This document shows positions 26,801-34,860 of a stretch of DNA of 64,000 nt, piece by piece. The notes beneath the pieces are model-generated. The model saw nothing but the letters and a program-made list of their open reading frames with translations, was not told the origin of the DNA and did not search any database. The position numbers were made by a program, and so were the translations under genes. This stretch comes from Nemertoderma westbladi (taxonomy: Eukaryota; Animalia; Xenacoelomorpha). Location: NCBI GenBank assembly GCA_032718475.1, contig JAUCBJ010006257.1, positions 1 to 64,000 of the forward strand, written 5' to 3'. Every line of letters begins with the position of its first letter. Within the stretch, counting starts at the first letter, position 1.

Positions 26801-29800
26801 ATTTGTAATCCAAGTTGAAACTCAAGTCATTTGTAATCCAAGTGAAACGTCAAGTCATTTGTAATCCAAGTGAAACTCAAGTCATTTGTAATCCAAGTGA
26901 AACTCAAGTCATTTGTAATCCAAGTTGAAACTCAAGTCATTTGTAATCCAAGTTGAAACTCAAGTCATTTGTAATCCAAGTTGAAACTCAAGTCATTTGT
27001 AATCCAAGTGAAACTCAAGTCATTTGTAATCCAAGTGAAACTCAAGTCATTTGTAATCCAAGTTGAAACTCAAGTCATTTGTAATCCAAGTGAAACTCAA
27101 GTCATTTGTAATCCAAGTTGAAACTCAAGTCATTTGTAATCCAAGTTGAAACTCAAGTCATTTGTAATCCAAGTTGAAACTCAAGTCATTTGTAATCCAA
27201 GTGAAACTCAAGTCATTTGTAATCCAAGTTGAAACTCAAGTCATTTGTAATCCAAGTTGAAACTCAAGTCATTTGTAATCCAAGTTGAAACTCAAGTCAT
27301 TTGTAATCCAAGTGAAACTCAAGTCATTTGTAATCCAAGTTGAAACTCAAGTCATTTGTAATCCAAGTGAAACTCAAGTCATTTGTAATCCAAGTTGAAA
27401 CTCAAGTCATTTGTAATCCAAGTGAAACTCAAGTCATTTGTAATCCAAGTTGAAACTCAAGTCATTTGTAATCCAAGTGAAACTCAAGTCATTTGTAATC
27501 CAAGTTGAAACTCAAGTCATTTGTAATCTAAGTGAAACTCAAGTCATTTGTAATCCAAGTTGAAACTCAAGTCATTTGTAATCCAAGTTGAAACTCAAGT
27601 CATTTGTAATCCAAGTTGAAACTCAAGTCATTTGTAATCCAAGTGAAACTCAAGTCATTTGTAATCCAAGTTGAAACTCAAGTCATTTGTAATCCAAGTG
27701 AAACTCAAGTCATTTGTAATCCAAGTTGAAACTCAAGTCATTTGTAATCCAAGTGAAACTCAAGTCATTTGTAATCCAAGTTGAAACTCAAGTCATTTGT
27801 AATCTAAGTGAAACTCAAGTCATTTGTAATCCAAGTTGAAACTCAAGTCATTTGTAATCCAAGTGAAACTCAAGTCATTTGTAATCCAAGTTGAAACTCA
27901 AGTCATTTGTAATCCAAGTTGAAACTCAAGTCATTTGTAATCCAAGTTGAAACTCAAGTCATTTGTAATCCAAGTGAAACTCAAGTCATTTGTAATCCAA
28001 GTTGAAACTCAAGTCATTTGTAATCCAAGTTGAAACTCAAGTCATTTGTAATCCAAGTTGAAACTCAAGTCATTTGTAATCCAAGTTGAAACTCAAGTCA
28101 TTTGTAATCCAAGTTGAAACTCAAGTCATTTGTAATCCAAGTGAAACTCAAGTCATTTGTAATCCAAGTTGAAACTCAAGTCATTTGTAATCCAAGTTGA
28201 AACTCAAGTCATTTGTAATCCAAGTTGAAACTCAAGTCATTTGTAATCCAAGTTGAAACTCAAGTCATTTGTAATCCAAGTTGAAACTCAAGTCATTTGT
28301 AATCCAAGTTGAAACTCAAGTCATTTGTAATCCAAGTTGAAACTCAAGTCATTTGTAATCCAAGTTGAAACTCAAGTCATTTGTAATCCAAGTGAAACTC
28401 AAGTCATTTGTAATCCAAGTTGAAACTCAAGTCATTTGTAATCCAAGTGAAACTCAAGTCATTTGTAATCCAAGTTGAAACTCAAGTCATTTGTAATCCA
28501 AGTTGAAACTCAAGTCATTTGTAATCCAAGTTGAAACTCAAGTCATTTGTAATCCAAGTTGAAACTCAAGTCATTTGTAATCCAAGTTGAAACTCAAGTC
28601 ATTTGTAATCCAAGTGAAACTCAAGTCATTTGTAATCCAAGTTGAAACTCAAGTCATTTGTAATCCAAGTTGAAACTCAAGTCATTTGTAATCCAAGTTG
28701 AAACTCAAGTCATTTGTAATCCAAGTTGAAACTCAAGTCATTTGTAATCCAAGTTGAAACTCAAGTCATTTGTAATCCAAGTTGAAACTCAAGTCATTTG
28801 TAATCCAAGTTGAAACTCAAGTCATTTGTAATCCAAGTTGAAACTCAAGTCATTTGTAATCCAAGTGAAACTCAAGTCATTTGTAATCCAAGTTGAAACT
28901 CAAGTCATTTGTAATCCAAGTTGAAACTCAAGTCATTTGTAATCCAAGTTGAAACTCAAGTCATTTGTAATCCAAGTGAAACTCAAGTCATTTGTAATCC
29001 AAGTTGAAACTCAAGTCATTTGTAATCCAAGTTGAAACTCAAGTCATTTGTAATCCAAGTTGAAACTCAAGTCATTTGTAAAGTTGAAACTCAAGTCATT
29101 TGTAATCCAAGTGAAACTCAAGTCATTTGTAATCCAAGTTGAAACTCAAGTCATTTGTAAAGTTGAAACTCAAGTCATTTGTAATCCAAGTGAAACTCAA
29201 GTCATTTGTAATCCAAGTTGAAACTCAAGTCATTTGTAATCTAAGTGAAACTCAAGTCATTTGTAATCCAAGTTGAAACTCAAGTCATTTGTAATCCAAG
29301 TGAAACTCAAGTCATTTGTAATCCAAGTTGAAACTCAAGTCATTTGTAATCCAAGTGAAACTCAAGTCATTTGTAATCCAAGTTGAAACTCAAGTCATTT
29401 GTAATCTAAGTGAAACTCAAGTCATTTGTAATCCAAGTTGAAACTCAAGTCATTTGTAATCCAAGTGAAACTCAAGTCATTTGTAATCCAAGTTGAAACT
29501 CAAGTCATTTGTAATCCAAGTTGAAACTCAAGTCATTTGTAATCCAAGTTGAAACTCAAGTCATTTGTAATCCAAGTGAAACTCAAGTCATTTGTAATCC
29601 AAGTTGAAACTCAAGTCATTTGTAATCCAAGTGAAACTCAAGTCATTTGTAATCCAAGTTGAAACTCAAGTCATTTGTAATCCAAGTTGAAACTCAAGTC
29701 ATTTGTAATCCAAGTTGAAACTCAAGTCATTTGTAATCCAAGTTGAAACTCAAGTCATTTGTAATCCAAGTTGAAACTCAAGTCATTTGTAATCCAAGTG

Positions 29801-29989
29801 AAACTCAAGTCATTTGTAATCCAAGTGAAACTCAAGTCATTTGTAATCCAAGTTGAAACTTAAGTCATTTGTAATCCAAGTTGAAACTCAAGTCATTTGT
29901 AATCCAAGTTGAAACTCAAGTCATTTGTAATCCAAGTTGAAACTCAAGTCATTTGTAATCCAAGTTGAAACTCAAGTCATTTGTAATCC
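5879..29989. repeat. ~24.1 kb satellite array, 27/28-bp monomer GAAACTCAAGTCATTTGTAATCCAAGT(T), with higher-order duplications
   Basis: Continuous head-to-tail monomers with no unique spacers. Point variants (GTAA, GTTA, GTAG, TCTAAG) and a 24-bp deletion monomer recur in blocks. Confidence 0.98.
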
Positions 29990-30442
29990 GATCTGAACTG
30001 ATATGAGTGGAGCGAATATTGGATTTTACTTGGAATTATGCTTAAGAGTTACGACCTACTAAATTCAGAGGGATTCTCGGAATTATAATGTCCATAGGCC
30101 TCTATGCTGTAAGTAGTTGGTAGACAAACCCGTCACCATATCAAAGTACAACGCGATAATAACGCAAGCCGACATCACTATATAAATGGTCAATGGAACT
30201 GTAGGTGTGATTATATCTTATTAAAGTAAGAATGTAGGTTGTAATTAGACGACAGATATGATGGCTAAACTTCTATAATTTAAAATAAAGCTTTATTGTT
30301 TGAGACCTGTAGTGAAACATGTGATGGGATTCGAGCTCGTACTTGTGGTCAGGGATATGTTGTGTGTCTGATACCGATAGTACGATAGTACATGGTAGAG
30401 GACGGTCTGTCAGTTTTAGGAAACTAAGCAACGTATTTGAAG

Positions 30443-30988
30443 ATATAATTATTTATTACATGGTAAAAAATGAGAACTTTTTTTACTATTCTCGAGGCAT
30501 TTTATTTACCGAGCTCCAACGAGGTTAATAAAGGGTCGAGAGAATATTGAATTTCCATAGTTACTGCGATTCAAATTACTGTATTCTTCAAGTCATGATG
30601 CTGCCTAACTCAATGTTAAATAATTTAGTGTTCTCGAATATTTATTACGTAATAACTAGAGAGCTGCTTAACTACATACACCAATATTGAATATTTTGGA
30701 GTACCTCTTGCAGACACTAAAGTTGCAATAACTTTTGAGTTTTTGCTTTTGGGATTTTGCTCAAATTACTTGCAAACAACAACATCGATGCTCTTTCAAC
30801 ACATGTAATAAAATTTAAGAAATTCCACCAAAATATTTTATTTTACTTTTTTCGCCGGAAAAAAGGAAAATTATTATAATCATAAAAAAAGTAAAATCAA
30901 TACAATCCGTTTGGTTACTTATTTCCCTGGAGAAAATTACTTTTATTTTGGGGTACATTCGAACCAAAAAGTAACAATTTAAGAATAC
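30443..30988. mobile_element. Dispersed repeat, copy A (non-autonomous element with hairpin head)
   Basis: Colinear with 53883-54590. Shared blocks include TATTCTCGAGGCATTTTATTTACCGAGCTCCAACGAGGTTAATAAA, TTCCATAGTTACTGCGATTCAAATTA, GGATTTTGCTCAAATTACTTGCAAACA and AGTAACAATTTAAGAATA. Confidence 0.8.
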
Positions 30989-31282
30989 AAATTCATTCGT
31001 TATTTTATGAAAATAAGTTAGTAGTTGTTATTGGTTTAGTTCTATCAAAGCATGTTTATCGTAGGAAAAGTCCAATCTTTATTCCTTAAAAGCCGACTAT
31101 AAATCAGTTAATTTATATTATTATTATTCCAGTTGCATTAACAGCTCAATACCAATTTGTATATTTACATACTACCGTAGAAGGCATTTTGAAACTGGTC
31201 TACACTCTACTCTGAGACTGATATTCTTTAACAATGAGTAGGGCCTAATCTCGCCAGTCGCGTTAACTGCAAGAACAACGAC

Positions 31283-32329
31283 ATGAATATAACCGGTACT
31301 AAGATTCGCGTCGAAACCGACGAGGTTATAAAGATACTCGCCAAGGACTTCAACCATCATACGTCATCCATGACGTCACTGAACAGCTATGAAGATATTA
31401 ACTACTTGGTTCCCACAGCAACGGGGAAATTTGTGTTGAAAATTTCGAATCCCAGAGACTCTAAGAATGCCAATTTAATGGACGGATTAACTGAAGTTAT
31501 GATTCATTTAAGAGATCGAGGTGTTGTGTGTCCCGTACCGCAACGTTCTACAGGAGGAGATTATATTGTGTACCGCGAATTCCTCGACAAAAACAACCAA
31601 TCACATCAATGCGCAGTTCGGCTTCTCTCTTACGTAGAAGGGGAGATATTATTTAAAGCGTCAGTAATAACAGACAACCTGTTGAAACAGCTGGGCGGAT
31701 TTCTCGCGGATATTGATAAAGGGTTGATGACGTACACTCATCCGGGTGTTACGTCACGCACAGATTTTGATTGGGACATGAGGAATGCGCAACGAATGCG
31801 AAAATATATTGAATATATTCCAGAACCGAATCGAAGGCAACTCATTACTAACGTCTTGGATAGATTCCTGGAAAAGTTTGCAATTCATCAAGTTAATATG
31901 ACGGGGGGGATTATTCACGGCGACTTTAATGGCCATAACATTTTAGTTGATGAAGATTGTAAAATGCGTGGCATTCTAGATTTTGGTCACACAGTAAATT
32001 CCTTCCTAGCATTTGACCTAGGAATCGCTATAATGTATATTTCTAAGGAATTATTTAGCAAGTACGATGAAGAACGCTTTCTGAATGCACCACGTTACTT
32101 CCTCCAATCATATTGCGCGAAGATAACCCTCAACCAATCAGATTTGGAAATGGTTGTCGTAGCAACAATGATGCGTTATGCAATGTCTTTAACTAAAAGC
32201 TGGTACAACCTAACGTTGGATCCGGATAATATTTATTTATTAGACACAGAACGGGGCGGCGGTTGGAAATGCCTCCAATTATTGGCTGATCAGGACGCTG
32301 ATGCGTTACTTCGACGGTGGATGGCGTAG
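31283..32329 (+). CDS. HYKK: Hydroxylysine kinase-like / aminoglycoside phosphotransferase domain protein (348 aa, single exon)
   Basis: APH/choline-kinase fold motifs: LNSYEDINY, FVLKISN, VRLLSYVEG, catalytic IHGDFNGHNILV, metal-binding ILDFG, and the C-terminal DPDNIYLL..GGWKCL typical of metazoan HYKK/AGPHD1. Confidence 0.85.
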   Translation: MNITGTKIRVETDEVIKILAKDFNHHTSSMTSLNSYEDINYLVPTATGKFVLKISNPRDSKNANLMDGLTEVMIHLRDRGVVCPVPQRSTGGDYIVYREFLDKNNQSHQCAVRLLSYVEGEILFKASVITDNLLKQLGGFLADIDKGLMTYTHPGVTSRTDFDWDMRNAQRMRKYIEYIPEPNRRQLITNVLDRFLEKFAIHQVNMTGGIIHGDFNGHNILVDEDCKMRGILDFGHTVNSFLAFDLGIAIMYISKELFSKYDEERFLNAPRYFLQSYCAKITLNQSDLEMVVVATMMRYAMSLTKSWYNLTLDPDNIYLLDTERGGGWKCLQLLADQDADALLRRWMA

Positions 32330-32633
32330 TGAGTGACTACCGTACCGCATTTATTGATAAACAACTAAACAATTATTGCTCGTAAACTGTGTAAACAGTT
32401 AGACATTAATTAATTACATAGGCCCTAATTATTTTTCTAAGACTTTAACTGACTTAAGTTCGAGTCACACAATCACATGAGCTTTTCACTTTCAATTAAA
32501 AGATTTAACACATGGTAGCCTGAGGACGAACTCAGAAAAACAGTCAACTTTCAACATTTATTTATAGGAAGGGATCTAGGGGTCTTTACCTCGAATGATA
32601 AGTTTATTTTACCGAAAATAACTTATCTTTTAT

Positions 32634-32680
32634 TGGCGCAATAGTCTCGGCTTCCACCTCTAGGGCCCAGGTTCGAATCC
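32634..32680 (+). promoter_or_regulatory. Pol III type-2 internal promoter (A box and B box), tRNA-derived
   Basis: A-box-like TGGCGCAATAG (32634-32644) and consensus B box GGTTCGAATCC (32670-32680). Spacing is slightly shorter than in a tRNA. Confidence 0.65.
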
Positions 32681-32683
32681 GTC

Positions 32684-32726
32684 ACCACGCTGATGAGACC
32701 CAGTAAGGTCGAAACGCGTACGTGGT
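32684..32726 (+). ncRNA. Minimal type I hammerhead ribozyme
   Basis: Stem I ACCACG (32684-89) / CGTGGT (32721-26); core CTGATGA (32690-96); stem II GACC-CAGTAA-GGTC (32697-32710); GAAA (32711-14); stem III within palindrome ACGCGT; cleavage triplet GUA, cut after 32720. All invariant core nucleotides are present. Confidence 0.9.
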
Positions 32727-33716
32727 TTGGAGAGATATGAGATATTAATTTCAAGAAAAATTACGCGATTCCTAAATTTGTACACTACCCGGTTAAAAAA
32801 AAAAGTACGCATGTGATGGGATTAGTCCTACAATTGCGCCAATAAAAGATAAGTTATTTTCGGTAAAATAAACTTATCATTCGAGGTAAAGACCCCTAGA
32901 TCCCTTCCTATAAATAAATGTATAATAACAAACACCTCGAAAAATACAGCTTGCTAACACATTGTTACTATCAATAACTTTCAACATGAAACTTTCAAAA
33001 TCCCCTTTAGTCATCTTCTTATTGAAAGTTGGCATTTTTAGTATTGACAACCAATCAAAATTAACAACTATTTACCGACTAAGTATTGTGCAACAATATA
33101 GCTAATTTTTTTTTATGAGATGAAAGTTGAAAGTCTATATGTGAACCAAGTTGATAAATGAGCACTGCACGGATCCGCAGATTACACCCTAAAAAGGTAA
33201 AACAAGTTGACTTCTATAGAGACAATGTTTAATGATAGAAACCGGATACTGATCCGTATCCCTGACCCTGCTCCAGGTAAGGAGTTACAATAATGTAAAA
33301 CGAATTCCTGTTTATGGCTTGATAATAATTTAATTTGTTTTGTAAATAAAGATGATAATAAAGATATAATCTTCAGCTCCAAATAGGCTCTCATCAAGCA
33401 ACACGATAAATCGCGCAAAATTAATCAGACGTCTATATTTTATTATTAATAATTATTATTTAATTAATAATACTTGCAGCCACCAAGTAATGAAAAACGA
33501 TCTTATTTTTAAGGGGAGTAGTACAGGCATCCAATTTTTTTTCAAATTTTTTCCTGTTTCATCTAGAGCAAATTTTTATCAAGATTCCAAATTTGAAAAC
33601 CGTTTAGCAAGATCTGCCTTACCTCTCGAGATATGGCTGTCTGTCCGATTGACTGTCGGTTTGTCCATCAGTATGTCTGTCAGTCAATAAAAACTATCTA
33701 TCTAAAAAAATTACCT

Positions 33717-34079
33717 CTATGGGTTTTCGTGGTCGTTGACTTCATTTCTGATGTCATTCTTCAAATTTGGCCGCGTCGTTTCTGTCTGTATGCCTGTCAG
33801 TCTCTCCGTCAAAATATATACGACAGACTGACTGCCAAACATACAATTTGGAAGCCATCAAATGTTAAATCTGACCATCGAAATGAATTATGCGACCAGG
33901 AAAACCCCTCTAGCTAAACTTTTTACTAGATTGTATGACCTTTTCTTATATTTGACGGACAGATTGTCGGATGGTCAGAAAAAAGACCGACAGACAGACA
34001 TACATACAGACTAACAAAATTTCATTAAAAGTGAAAACTGACCTCAGAAATGAAATCAGCGACCACGAAAACCCCATAG
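33717..34079. repeat. Internal ~43-bp imperfect inverted repeat within the Kolobok-type element
   Basis: CTATGGGTTTTCGTGGTCGTTGACTTCATTTCTGATGTCA vs TGACCTCAGAAATGAAATCAGCGACCACGAAACCCCATAG. Flanking CTGT/ACAG microrepeats are also inverted. Confidence 0.75.
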
Positions 34080-34317
34080 CAAAATTCTTAGCATGGTTTT
34101 GTGCTTTCTTATGGCTAGGTATATATTGACAGTCATTATTTCATAATAACAGACAGTTTTTGCGCGGGAAGGTTCAAATTTTAACTGGATTTTTCTCAAA
34201 ATGAGATTTTAGAATTCTTTCGGTACATTTTTTCAGCTGCCATTTGATTTATATACTTGTAATATTCTCACTAGGATCATTTTTTACCGTAGAATAAGAA
34301 GGTATACCAATTAGTTG

Positions 34318-34860
34318 TGTGAGCGTATTCAATTCCGCCACACTAAACCCCATAAAGTTGGCGTTAAGCAATATTGGAACTACAAGGTTGATTACCAATC
34401 AACCTTGTATCACCCCAATAAGCGGGGCAACAAACCCCAAAGGGAAACACACACAGCGGGGGTCAGAGGTTACACCTCCGGGAGGGAGGGAATGACAGCA
34501 GCAGGGGGAACACTCCCAGGGAGATGAGAGGGTGAGAAGTGAGCTATTAGCCAATGGGGGGAAGGCATCGGCTGAGTAGTGTAATGCGGCCAACCGTGCA
34601 ATATATATTACCAGTCTGTTGTATCATTCCATTCAGTTATCCCAGTACAGTCACGGCAGTACGGTTACAGTTAAGACCGTCACCGCCGTCACCAATCACT
34701 ATCATTTATCCATATACCGGTTAACTGTGCTATCTACTGTTATCTCAGTACAATATATCATTAATAACGACACTGGAACAACAACTCTTTCCATTCACAC
34801 GGCGGGGACGCGTACGTAAACAACACCGGATAAACCGGGATCCTCTCGGATCCCGTCACA
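34318..34860. mobile_element. Solo LTR (543 bp) of an LTR retrotransposon, nested in the DNA transposon
   Basis: Begins TGTGAGCG and ends CGTCACA (TG..CA, short terminal IR). Flanked by 5-bp direct repeat AGTTG at 34313-17 and 34861-65. Higher GC than flanks; TATA-like ATATATATTA near 34601. Confidence 0.8.

Larger units (their letters stand above)
32554..32921. mobile_element. Foldback element: perfect 89-bp inverted repeats (32554-32642 / 32833-32921) around a tRNA-like head and hammerhead ribozyme
   Basis: Left arm ACATTTATTTATAGGAAGGGATCTAGGGG...TTTTATTGGCGCAAT is the exact reverse complement of right arm ATTGCGCCAATAAAA...CCCTTCCTATAAATAAATGT. No clear TSD seen. Confidence 0.85.

Noticed and set aside
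5879-29989. CRISPR array (28-bp repeat containing GTTGAAAC, reminiscent of CRISPR repeat ends)
   Set aside because: No unique spacers, no cas genes, and a eukaryotic spliced-gene context. It is a head-to-tail satellite.
32520-32545. Second hammerhead (CTGAGGA...GAAA) just left of the foldback
   Set aside because: No valid stem II, stem III or stem I pairing found.
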